Origin: Lingula anatina
Taxonomy: Eukaryota; Animalia; Brachiopoda
Reading direction: 5' to 3'
DNA: 64,000 nt
NCBI GenBank assembly: GCA_051362555.1
Contig: CM120642.1
Location: forward strand, 15,624,001-15,688,000
Shown: positions 1-11,745 of the stretch, piece by piece
How positions within the stretch are numbered: position 1 is the stretch's first letter
Layout of the letters: each line of letters starts with the position of its first letter
Made by a program: the position numbers and the translations under genes
Notes under the pieces: model-generated
The model's input: only the letters and a program-made list of their open reading frames with translations
What the model was told of the DNA's origin: nothing
Databases searched by the model: none

Positions 1-63
1 TTATGATCTAGAACCCAAATACGATCTCAAGGGGGTTTACTTTGCTTAACAGGAGATCTATAT

Positions 64-131
64 TGGTCCATTTCGGTCCACTTCGGCTCATTTCGCTCCA
101 TTTCTATCCATTTCTATGTTTAATAGGACCG
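64..131. repeat. Degenerate 10-bp tandem repeat (consensus ~GGTCCATTTC), likely the subterminal repeats of a DNA transposon end
   Basis: ggtccatttc-ggtccacttc-ggctcatttc-gctccatttc-tatccatttc followed by taataggaccg; the other end is outside the window. Confidence 0.45.
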
Positions 132-267
132 GATACTAAATGCTGTAGCACGCACCAGCAAATGTGCCAGAAATCCTGAACAGGATACCTTTTAATAAAA
201 ATACTAAAATTTTCTACATATTTTTGTATAACAAATAAATAAAATATGTTTGAACTAGGAATAACCC

Positions 268-729
268 ACCGAAAGTCTTGATTCGGCAGAAAATTTCCTA
301 ATTTGCACTTGCAGACGAATTTTCAATCTTCATGGAAGCCGCCATTTTCCAAAATGTGATATCGAGGCTATATGTGCATTGTTATCTTTTAGCAAATGAT
401 TTGTATTTGAGTTTATTTGAAACTTTGCACTCCAGTTGTCCACTTGAAACATTTTATATGCATGTTTGGTGTCTCTTAAGATAACTAGTGTAAGTTTTAA
501 CTTTCTTATTACGAAAATGTGCTAATAGTGGGAACTATTTTAATGCGGAGAGAACAAGCTCCAGGCGTTATTTGAACTGTAAACAATATGGTTGCCACCG
601 TTCAAAGTTGCCGATGTATCAAAGAACTTTAATTGCCCTCACCAACTATGGGTCCATAAATTCATGTTACAGAAGGTGAAAGGTGCGTGAAGTGTTTAGG
701 AGCTGAGGCATTTTTTACTTAATTTCAAA
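268..729. promoter_or_regulatory. Promoter of the GGCT-fold gene, probably bidirectional
   Basis: YY1-type motif GCCGCCATTTT (338-348; AAAATGGCGGC on minus) with a minus-strand donor-like cg|gtgggt at 270/269. Forkhead site GTAAACAA (579-586) lies next to GTTGCC RFX-like half sites (591-596, 607-612). Confidence 0.4.
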
Positions 730-3700
730 ATGGATGCGGATAAAGATGCTGCGCACCTTGCAGCCAAATTGTCGACTTTTTTGGAACAGCAACTTCAAGG
801 GTTTGAGAAGAAGACGAAGATATCAAGACAGAAGAAATCAAGAAGTGCACCCATCCTCGGCCACATAGACCCACTCCCTAAACCAAAGGCAGATAGGGCA
901 CGGCCCATAAAGCCACACGAGGTAATTTATACTTGTGTTAGTGGTATGTGACATCGCTTGTATTGGAACTGTGTACAAGTAATTAAGCCCGTCAACAGTG
1001 CAGCTTACTAGTATATGGCTCTATTCCCATAGATTTTAGATCGATCTATCCCCGCGGGGAGTCTCACTAGATTACTTTCAGATAATCCGACTTAAATGTC
1101 CGTCCCGCCTACTACAAGCTGTAAGGGGATAATTAACTTTCGTGTCCGCCCGGCTGACAGCTATTTAGCGTGGACCCCCCAGGGAGTTAGGTCGATCTAA
1201 AGTAGGTCGATCTAATCTATGGAAATGGGGTGTATGTCTCCCATACACTCATGTTTGCCAATGTGATATTTTGCTTTTCTGCGACCTGTCTTTACAAAAG
1301 ATATAAATTCTAATTGCAACATAAAAAGGTGCACAAATACTGGAGAGTGAAACTACAGCTATAATATCTAGTCATGTTTTGAAAGGTTACTAGCACCTGG
1401 TACTGATATAACACTTTGGTATAAACAACAGGATCCATGCTATTTACCTGTGTATAAATCAGGAAATGTTATATGGGATTTATTTGATTTTCAGAATTCC
1501 CCTTTCCTTGGAATCAACCTTCTTCCACCAGAGAAACAAGCTGCAGAAGCAGGTACTTGTATTGGTATTTTATTGATTAGTTGTATTTTTTTTACACTGG
1601 TGCTGTTATATTTAATAGATTTTAAACTGACTAATTGTGTACAATCAATTGAAATACCTGTCTACAGAATGCTTAGTTAGTAGTGATAGATTGTTAAATC
1701 TGAGGTAAAAAACCTGATAATAAGAAAGTGCGAACCCTGAGACTAATATGACATTTAATTCAGCAGAGCCATCCCAGCTTAGACAGAAAAGTAACAGGTT
1801 AAATGTCCCTCTAAGTCGTCCTGGGTCAACGACAACTCGAGCCACTAGAGCCTCTCAGACAGGAAGAGTGACTTCTGCAGCATCCACCAGGTAAAACACA
1901 AAATTGAGGCTCTTGTTGTTACTTTTAAAAACTATTGATTGTGAATATTTAGAATATGAATTTTATTGTAATATTTGTTAATAATGTTGAAAAGCTCTTA
2001 CTGTGCATATTTGCAGATTGCTCTTGTTGGTCCTGCTCTTCCTCTTCTTCTTCTTTTTTTTTTTTACTAATTATTATTTGTCTGTTTTTATTTGATATTT
2101 GATTTTTACCCAAGATTTATTTTCTTAGAAATTTCTACATGTATATACATCAAAATTTTATATACTTTACAAGTAGCTCCTATTTAGAAAAGTTTATCAC
2201 TTACTAGTAATTACATTGTCTGATCTGTTATAGACGAGTACCGTCCAGGCAATCCAGGGCAGCAGCCTATGGAAGTGTGGCTGGAGATTTCATTAAGTTT
2301 CCTAATGCAGTGCCCTTCCACAAGTCCCCTGTGGTTACAGTGCACCCTAAAGCCAACAAACACATCAAATCTCCCTTCAAGCAGAATGCAAATACTATTG
2401 AATTAGAAGTGGTGAGTTTTTGGTGATGTACTTTGATAAACATAATTATAGTTTTACTGTTGTTGCTGCTCTCATTTAGTGTATTGAATGGATTATACTG
2501 ATCATTGTAATAAAAATGAACATTTACATTGGTACTTATATTACATATCTTGTGAATTATGTTTTAGAAGTTAAGGCAACAAATGTTACTAATAAAAACT
2601 TTTAGGGCCCATGATAGAATGATATATTTCTTAAACATACTTGTCAATTTTCAAGACGCGACATAATTATTATATAATTTACAATTTAGTTGATGTAGCT
2701 CAAATTTGGTAAATGACAGGTAGTCTCCCCTCCCATCCCCATTTATTTAAAAGAATTCAACAAAATTGACATGAATGAAATAGAAGAAAAATATAATAGT
2801 CTCATCCCCTTAAAGTATATTGTACTATTTTCTGTCTTATTAAACCATATAGAGCAATGTAGCTCCTGGACAAGATCTCAAGGAGAAGACAGCTTTAGCA
2901 ACTTACCATGTGAGCCGAGTCCTGGCACAGCAACCTGTCAAACAGGAGATCAAGCACTTTGGAAGACTGAGGAAGGGAAAGTAAGACACAATTGTCAATT
3001 TGAGTAATGAACTTAATGTTAGGTCATCTGTTCAGGTAGATTTATACATAACACAGGTGAATTAATTGTATTGATAATCAACAGAGCTACAGAAAACCTT
3101 TTGGTATTTTGTAACATTCATCCACAATTTTCAAAGTTTAAGTTTGTTTTTATTTGTGAATTGTGCCTGAAAGTATAAAGAATATGGATCAATCACCTAG
3201 TTACAACAAATATTCTTAATATTTAATAATTAATGCTGTTTATCAAAAGGAAGTGTCAGTCTTTTCTTTGCTGCAACAAACTGAAATCTTTGCCAGAAGA
3301 ATATTTTCACATGTACAATTTGTTATATTGTAGGTTGAAACCTTTGTTGGAGCCAGTAGTGTTAGATGGTCCTTCCATAGAACAATGCAGGGGCATAGTG
3401 GCAGGTAGAGGATCTTTTCCTAAAACTTTTCAGACTTGAGTCTTTTAAGTCTTAAAAAAAAGAAGTTTCCTAAAGTAAATTACAATACAAGTAAACAATA
3501 ACAAATCAAATAACTTTGATGTTGAGTTGTAAAAACTCATTAATGTGTTATTTCAACTGAATGATCAAGTGTTCTTATAGGCAGTTTTTTGATAATACTA
3601 TCATGTAGTTTATTCATCCAGTTGTATTAGATATTCATGCTTGTAACAAGACTGATAATAGTACCACTTTCATTCTTAGTAGACTGACTTAAGAACCTGA

Positions 3701-6700
3701 GAGGGATACCCAACATCATCAATTATCTAAACTGAATTGTAAGTAATAGATGTATTTAAGCTTTTAAATGAATTTTAAAAAAAATTCATGATTGCTTTCC
3801 AGATGCTCATTGTTACATGGCAAGTCCCAGTAAGTCCTCTCTGAGAAGAGAACAGCTCCTGAATTCCCTCACCAAGGATTACATAAGAGAACGCCCCAGG
3901 ACAGCAGAGTCCATGCACCACACCTCAGAGGCATCTGACACTGAGGACAGGCAGAGAGAACTCGAGGAGGACTATGATGACTTTGAGGAGGAAGAGTAAG
4001 GGCTTCTTTTGTATTGATTGACAAAATTGGTGCAGAAGTAGTTTTATGGATGTCAGCAATTTTGAGAAGAATCATGGGTTGTTATACAACTTTCACGATT
4101 TGATTACATGATGTGAATTTTTATGTTGTTTTCAAAAATTGGCTGTTGAAGATACTTTCTCAATCAAAAAAAAAAAAAAAGAAAGAAAGAAAGAAAATGC
4201 TTGGTTTAATTTGCCAGAGTTTTATATAACATTCAAATGTTATTTCATAATTCTAGACCAGAAGATGAAGACTATGTTGATTATGATGTTGAACTAGATG
4301 AGAATGTGGTGCCACCAAATGGATACAATGTTGATATGTCTCATATACCAGGTAAATAATTTGTAATGACCAAAAGAGAAGAACCATTGGTTTAGGGATA
4401 TGTTTAGAAGTAGTCTAACATAAGCACAATATAGTCTAAATGCTTGTTTATCTATCACCACATGCAGTTGACTATATTGCCTAATAGGGAACTTCTTGAT
4501 TTGATATGTGATTATATCATCGAGTGCTATCAGTATTAGGATATTTATATAAGTTGTGCCATTATTGGACACACCTTTTGAAAGGGAAGTAAGTTTTTTT
4601 GTCTGTAAAAGAAGCACATGGAAGAAAATGAAATAAAAAACCCAATGGTATTTTGCACAAGGGTGTTTGTGTTAATTGCAAGTTCTTAAGTTAAATGCTG
4701 TAGATATATTAGTTTATCTGTTGCAATTGTTTCCTGTCTGTTGAAAAATGTCAATCTGTTTAACTTTGCTTTCAATTTCTTAAGGTGCTGAAATGTCAGA
4801 AGAAAATCTTATGACAGCAGAACAAGAAAAAGGTAAGATACCACTTAGTGAATGTGGTATCTAATTGTTAAATTGCTCTTATAAAAAACAGTTAATTAAT
4901 TACATTAATATTGTATTTTATTATTATTTTTATTTTGCATTTATCTTTATCCATGGACAGTGATTTTATTATTTGTCCAGATTGTAGAAAGATATTAGTG
5001 GTGTACAGTTAAGAATTTGAGGGAGATTGTACACAATCCGTGAAAACTTTTGATTCTGCACATGAACTTTCAATTTTGTAGTCACATAACTTTCCTTCTA
5101 AATTCTAGAATCAGACATCAACAATCTTCGCCAAATGAAGGAAAGCCCAGAACAAGACATACAGGTGCCAACTGAAGCAGTCCTTGGCGTAACAGTAACC
5201 AACCAGCAAAAACCTAGAGTAGGAAGTGCAAAAACTATTCTCAGAGATCCCAATCGGCCAGTGACTGCCACTGAAGAATCTGGAAGGAGAGGGTCTGCCA
5301 AGACCGTCCGTTTTAAGGATTTCAGCTCAGAGGCTGATACAAAAGCTGGAGGTGATATGCTTGTACAGCAAGTGACCTCCTCTCTGGTTATTGAACAGTC
5401 AGAGGCCACTAGCCCTCAAGGTCTAAGTCACAGTGACACTGCCCAGTCTAGTAATGAAAAATCTGACAGTAAGGTTTCAGAACAAGGAGATGTAATAAAA
5501 GAAGAAGACCAAGGTCAGAAAAATGATGTAAACACAGGAGCAGAACACAGTGTGCCAAACAGTGAGACAACCACCGATTCACAGGGAGTCACTGGTATTG
5601 AAAGTTTAAAGGAAGTGGCAGTCGTGGAGGAAAAGTCAGAAACAGATGACAAGAAAACTTCAGGAAAAGTCAGTTGTAAAGATGATGTGGTAGATGAGAG
5701 TGTCAAGAAAGACGGGGATGATGATAATGATGATGACTTAAGTCATAACCCTAGTAACCAAAATGATGGTAAAAGTTCCACATCTGGGACACAAGCACCT
5801 GCTTCTGGTGGTAACGACAGTATTACTGATCGTGTAAATGGAGGCACTAATACAAATGGTGGTGGTAACAGTGACTGTAAAGAAAAACAAAATACTGATA
5901 ACCAAAGAAAAGAAAGTGGGTCAGAGCTAAGTGGGAAGATTGATGAAAGAGCAAAGCAAAATCCAAATGTGATAACCCAAGAACAGTTTCAGTCCTACAT
6001 AAGAGGGCATGCAGAAATGGCCCTGCAGTTCTCGCAGTTTTTGATTGATAAAAATCACTATCAAAAATTCACCAGGAGGCCAAACAGTGCTTCGATGAAT
6101 GTGAGATCTAGACCTAGCAGTGGGAAAAAGGACAGTTTAAGAAAAAGACCTCTATCAGCTGGTGCCAACAAATGTAATTCATCCAGTCAGAATCAAGGAA
6201 GAGCTTCCCCAAGGAGAACACAGAGGCCTGGGTCATCCTCATCAGCAGGCAAGCGTCCTGGAAGTCGAATTGGTTTTACTTCCCCAGATAGACCAGGAAG
6301 TCCTGAAAAAGATCAGAGGTGGGTTTCAACCTCAAAAAGCCAGAAATCAAGTCCAAGAAAAGTTGATAGTCTTAAGCCCACAGTTTCAAAGCCTCCCACA
6401 GGAGCAGAAAACAAGCAGCTGAAAACAGGCAGAAGAAGCAGAACACATTCTCAACAAAAGAAGCTATCACCTAAAAAGGAGAACTTGCATCTGAAACAGG
6501 GAGATATATTTCTGCATAGTTCAAGAGTTTCTGATCCAATGTCCAACTCTAGAACTGGTCATGGCACCAGGGAATCAAGCAGAGCTAACCTTCATATAGA
6601 CCTCAGCAACATTGATGATGAAGGCCTGGTCAGAGCCTACACTATGGATCATGAGACATATGAGGGGGCCTGTGGTATATGTGGCCTTGAAGCTGACATG

Positions 6701-9700
6701 TGCATATGCCCAAACAGTACTTTAAAGTCAAACCATGGAGAAATAGCCAAAGCTCCTCACGATGAAATTCTGGAAGACTTTGATGATGATGAACTGGGGA
6801 TCTATGAGGACAGCGGTGAATCGGATGCGGAGTCGGAAAATGTTGATACAATATTAACGTTAGAGGAAATGGAAAATTCCCTATCACAGGTCCAGTTGGA
6901 TATCAACAGAAAGTGTGTAGGGTTAGAGAAAATGAACAGAATTATTGAGTCATCCTTTTCTATGGGAGAATATGATATTGAAGGAATGGAAGACCCAGAC
7001 ATGTTGAAGCTTGATATTGATTCTGTTATTAAGGAAATGGCACCTGAGGTGATCTCAGGAGGTGCTGCCTCCTATAGGGAAGATACTGAGAGATTCTGGA
7101 TGTCTACCGATTGCAAGAGGCTTCTGGCATCATACAGGTATAATTTTCTGTACTGTGAAATATAATTACTGAATGTACAAGTGTTCTTCTGTTTGATTTC
7201 CTTTTGTACAAATTGTCAATTAAATTGATTTTGTTTCAGCTCTCTTGTTTCATTGTCCATACTTAAAATGCTAATTTTTTTCTCTCTCTTGTGAAGTGAC
7301 ACATAGTAAAACGATGTCATTCATTACTGATTCTAATAAAAGGTCTAAGTGTAAAGCCACTATTTTCAGGTACAAGTGCATGACAGGTGGCACAGATTGT
7401 GCTGAGATGAGCAGCAGCCTTGTTGTCCCCAACTCCAACAGACATGATGATGGTGCTGAAGACACAGTCGTTTTTCTTAGCAGCAGGAAACAAGATGGGA
7501 TTACTGAAGAAAAAGTCTTGTATTCCTCAAGACAAGAAAAGCAGATGGACACCATTGATTTAGTTGCCAGGGAAACGACCATGAGAAATCAAGGGTCTGC
7601 TGAGACTTCAATCCATGAAAGGAAGGCTTCTCAATCTGATCAGCCTAAAAGCTGTCAATCATTGGCTTGGAACCAATCGTGTGATAATGTCAGTGACAGT
7701 GGGTGTGGCTCAGAGGTGGAGCAAAGCTTGCTTGATGATTATGAAGGGCTGAGCAGAGGAGGCAGTGCAGCTGATTCAGTAGTTGATAAAGATGATGCTG
7801 AATCAAAAAACAAGGTATTTAAACTTAGATTTCATGTCAGTATGTATGTATGTATGTATGTATGTATGTATGTATGTATGTATGTATGTATGTATGTATT
7901 ATTATTATTACTATTATTCACGTGCCTTCATTTGTGAGTTACATTTTTTCATTTATCCTTTTTAAAACCATGATATTTTAAAGGTTGATATGATGAATAT
8001 TTATGCATAAAGTTGTTGTAACATATATCTTGTTTTTGTTTTCAGGTTTCCACACCAGCTGAAGAAGACAGGTAAATAAAGCTTAATATAGTGAATTCTA
8101 CCCTGATTAAGCTACTCATAGATAGTCATGTTTGATTTTTGGATTTAAAAAATATGTTAATTGACATTTTTATAATGATTCAACTTTTTAATAGATTTTT
8201 TGAGAATTTGAAAAATTAATTTTGAAGTATCCTTCCTTTCTTCTTTTTCCAATGTATGGCATTGCATGAAATGACAGCTTTATTACGTAGATAATTTGAG
8301 AAAATCAATACTAATAATTCTTAGGCAGTCTCTTCAATCATGGTTCACTAAACCTTAGCCACTTACATTACATGCTTTGAGCAATTATGGCAAATTAGCC
8401 CAATAAAATATGTGATCGTTATAGCAACCAGACATGCCACATCAATACTGCTTCTGTTCAGTTTGTGTTGATCACTCTTTATTGGGTAAATTTTTTGGCT
8501 ATTCGTGTAAATGCTCAATACATGAACATGTAGGTTTACATATCCAAAATCCCTGACTTAAGCTGAAGTTTAGCACTAAATCTCTAACAAATTCATTCAG
8601 TATTGGATAATTTGGTAGACCACAGATTATCATCTTATATGTTGCCATGTGACATGGATTGAAATCAATATTCCTGAATGCCAATAAAGGGTTGCCAGTT
8701 GTCTCATTTCTCAGAGAATATAGCAGAGAATACAGTGATGTGGAGAAGACATAAAAAGTAAAGTTAACAGTTATTTTTGTTTTCTTGTGCCATTCTTTAT
8801 TGCAATAATAGACAAGCACATTTCTGTAATTGTCCGATGTTTATGAATTCATGGGTCTTTTCCTTTGTTTCAGCCGCCCAGATGTGACAGGCTTGAAGGT
8901 GATAGCCACAACCAAGACACTCTCTGCTCCTTCTAGGTAAGTCTGACCACACTGTGTAATAGCTTATTAGACAACTTGCAGTTCAAAGTTAAGCTAAGAG
9001 TCATCTTCCAAGGATGTAGATCTGTCCTTTTCTTTTTCGCCCTATATCAACTTAACAGATCAACTAAAACAAAGAAATGGCCCAAATTACACCCCTTATA
9101 GTTCTATAGAGATTATATTCTTTATTATTTGTAGCATACCTGGACACCAAGGAAATCAGAAATTAAGTATATAAAATGTAAGATAGGTGATTTTTAGAAT
9201 TTGTCATTATAAAATATTATTCAGGTGTGATAAAAATTTGGAAGATGACCATACCCCTGTGGCTCCATACCCACCCATCTGTTTCCGTATCAATGCCAAG
9301 CCACCAGAGGGACACATGTACTACTTCGCCTATGGCACAGACATGAATCCAAACAGGTATGATTTATAATATAAAAGATTAAAGTTTGAGAAGAACTTGT
9401 TTAGGTTTGTCAATTTAAATTGTGTAAATTGTGTACACTATGAATGACACCTGTACTCATTTGAATCTTTAAAGTAGCGTAGGCAGCCAACAATGTTAAC
9501 ATGTAACATTAAAAGCTAAAATAGATTATTATAATGAGTTGTTTTTATAATTTTATTTCTCAGATTTGGAACTTATGTTAGGAAAAAGGCCTGCACAAGA
9601 CTATGGGGACTCTTGTTTGGATTCCAGCTCAAGTTTAACAAGAGAGGTATAATTGTTTTCAACTCCAGGGTGTGTTCTTACATGGTTATTTTTCAGAAAA

Positions 9701-11363
9701 TACTTCAAAGTTCAAACATAACCTTAAATATAGCAACATGGTGAAAGAATGTTTTAAGATGTTTTTGCTTTAAAGTAGTTGGGGAGGGGTATAAAGAAAG
9801 GTTTGAAATTTGAATAACACTTTCCTTGATTTTTGATGGAATATGTCTGTCATTAGTGGATCCAGTGGATGGTGATTTAAGTGGGCAGGTCCCCCATCCT
9901 GCCCCCCTCTTGCTCTTGATATTCTGGCTCCATCTCACATGCACATTGGAGAATCTACTGTCACACAGGCATATTTTTGTTGACCTTAAATTAATTTATT
10001 AAACCAAATTAGTGACAAATTTGGGAAAACCTATTGATTTAAATATTTCAGTATAGTATTTGAGTATGTGCATGTTTTTAGATGTATGATATGTCATTAC
10101 AGGTGCTGATATTGAAGCTGGAGGCTTTCCCAATATAGAGTTCAATCCATTCTCCTCAGTGGAGGGTGTAGTGTATACTATTACACAGTCAGAGCTGGCC
10201 TTGCTGGACCAGTGTACTGGCTATCCTGAGGTAGGCCTGATGATCTATTATATATCTTTTATACCTTTATTAGTTACTCTAACTAGCATGTATTACAGAT
10301 ATTGTATGGAAAAGTGCTTTAATTTTATGATTAAGTGAGTTGCATGTTTGTGTTCTGTATGTGATTTTTTTTTTTGAAGATTTATGATTTTAGTTAATTA
10401 CTTATATGTACGTTAGGTCACAAATCCAGTTAACTTTACAAAAGCTTTAAATTAAAAAAAATTATTAGTGTTACTAACAAATCATAGCCTTGTGGAAATT
10501 ATTAAATGAAATTGTTTTATTTGGACTTATTGAGTAAAATGGCTGTCCTCTATTTCTAGCACTATGAACATGTGATGGTCCCAGTGTGGATGTGTAACAG
10601 CTCAGACCCCAGCACCCTGGGAGTGGCACAATATTGTGTGCCTGCTGTCACCTATGTAGCACAAGACAAGTGGATCACCAGAGGTGAATAAGGAACTGAT
10701 TATTAATGTATTTAATACATTGGAGTTAAATGTTGGGAGGGTAAGCGGGTTTGCACCCCAATGTGCAGATTCAGCTTAAGTTTTTTTTCACATTCAGATT
10801 TTATAAAAAGTATTACATTAGATGGAGGGCATCTGGAACTTAGGGTGATATTTAGTATTATGTATTTCAAGGATGGAGTGCTAGGAGATGATATCATTTC
10901 GTAGGTTTTACGTGTTATGAATTCCATAGGTAAATCACTCTGAATTGGGTTTGTGTGTGTATTGTGTGTGAAAAAACAATGTGCACAGGAAAACACTTCA
11001 TTAAAACCATTTGATCTGCCTGTCAATACCATTTTCTTGAAGATGAATACCAATGTTTAAGTGTCTAGGGTGCTATTAATACTGTATGCAAATACTTTTG
11101 GATCAATTTAAATATCTCCACATCCCACTCAGTTCAACCAAAAAACTTGGGACTACATGTAGATCGACCACATTAAATCTCCGTCTTTTATGGTTTTAAG
11201 ATATCTTCGAAAATATTATACATAAAATATGTTTTTTATTTCAGAGGACTACCCTCTGGAGTTTGAATACAACCTTCACCAGTGCTTAAAGAGCTGTGAC
11301 ATGTTGTCTCCAGCTTACAAACAGCACCTGTTCCAGATGCAGGGCTCTGCTCAGGTTTGGTGA
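730..11363 (+). CDS. Large uncharacterised protein (~1412 aa): long S/E/D/K/R-rich low-complexity region plus C-terminal gamma-glutamylcyclotransferase (GGCT/AIG2-like) domain
   Basis: Hand-spliced GT-AG exons with consistent phase: 730-921, 1495-1552, 1764-1890, 2234-2411, 2853-2980, 3334-3404, 3803-3995, 4257-4351, 4785-4832, 5109-7137, 7370-7814, 8046-8071, 8874-8936, 9225-9356, 9564-9646, 10103-10230, 10560-10683, 11245-11363 (4239 nt, TGA at 11361-11363). The C-terminal exons read MYYFAYGTDMNPNRF...LFGFQLKFNKRG...GGFPNIEFNPFSSVEGVVYTITQSELALLDQCTGYPEHYEHV, matching the GGCT pattern YFAYGSNL...A(T/N)I...V(E/W)GVV...LDxxEG. Confidence 0.8.
1017..1232. mobile_element. MITE (PIF/Harbinger-like) in intron 1 of the GGCT-fold gene
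   Basis: Imperfect TIRs CTATTCCCATAGATTTTAGATCGATCTA ... TAGGTCGATCTAATCTATGGAAATGG, a GC-richer core and no ORF. Confidence 0.65.
7841..7898. repeat. (TATG)n microsatellite
   Basis: Direct read; followed by a short (TAT)n run. Confidence 0.95.
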
Positions 11364-11515
11364 CAGGTATAATTATCAACAGAAATTCTTCAAATGGGGA
11401 CCAAGATTTTAATGGAGCTTTTTCAGAGACCTGGCAGTCAAAAGGAATGACTGACAACTTGATTTCTATCCTTGTGACTGACTCAGATCAGTATTATAGA
11501 GGCTATTCCGAATGA

Positions 11516-11745
11516 GGCTAAGGTCTAGCAGCTCTCAGTGAGGACCAGTATCTTTCAGTGAGAACTGGGCTCCGTATCTCCAAAGGTTCGCTATGTTGCG
11601 CATGTGCGCAAGTGTCTCGATTCCATAACCGATTCTATTTCGAGATACGGGGCCATGGTAGCTTTCAGCGAGGACTGGTAGCTTTGAGCAAGGACTGGTA
11701 GCTCTCAGTGAAAACAAATTTGAGTGAGGTCCAGCAGCTTTCTGG
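11516..11745. repeat. ~20-bp minisatellite (GAGGACTGGTAGCTTTCAGT-like) in the 3' UTR of the GGCT-fold gene
   Basis: Repeated units aaggtctagcagctctcagt / gaggaccagtatctttcagt / gagaactg...gtagctttcagc / gaggactggtagctttgagc / aaggactggtagctctcagt / gaggtccagcagctttc. Confidence 0.7.
11568..11654. mobile_element. 87-bp Harbinger/Tourist-like MITE inserted in the minisatellite
   Basis: TIRs GGCTCCGTATCTC / GAGATACGGGGCC, flanked by CTG and ATG (CWG-type TSD, one mismatch). Removing the element restores a minisatellite unit. Confidence 0.7.

Noticed and set aside
64-131. Short repeats resembling a CRISPR-like array
   Set aside because: 10-bp degenerate tandem units with no spacers, in eukaryotic intron-containing DNA; no cas genes.
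5135-7165. 676-aa ORF as a stand-alone single-exon gene
   Set aside because: Bounded by an acceptor (5108) and a donor (7138) and in phase with flanking exons; it is exon 10 of the larger gene.
7783-7965. ORFs with MYVC, YI, CV/HT or LS repeats (also 16932-17181, 17450-17743, 25750-25953, 26325-26534)
   Set aside because: Translations of microsatellites in introns or intergenic DNA.
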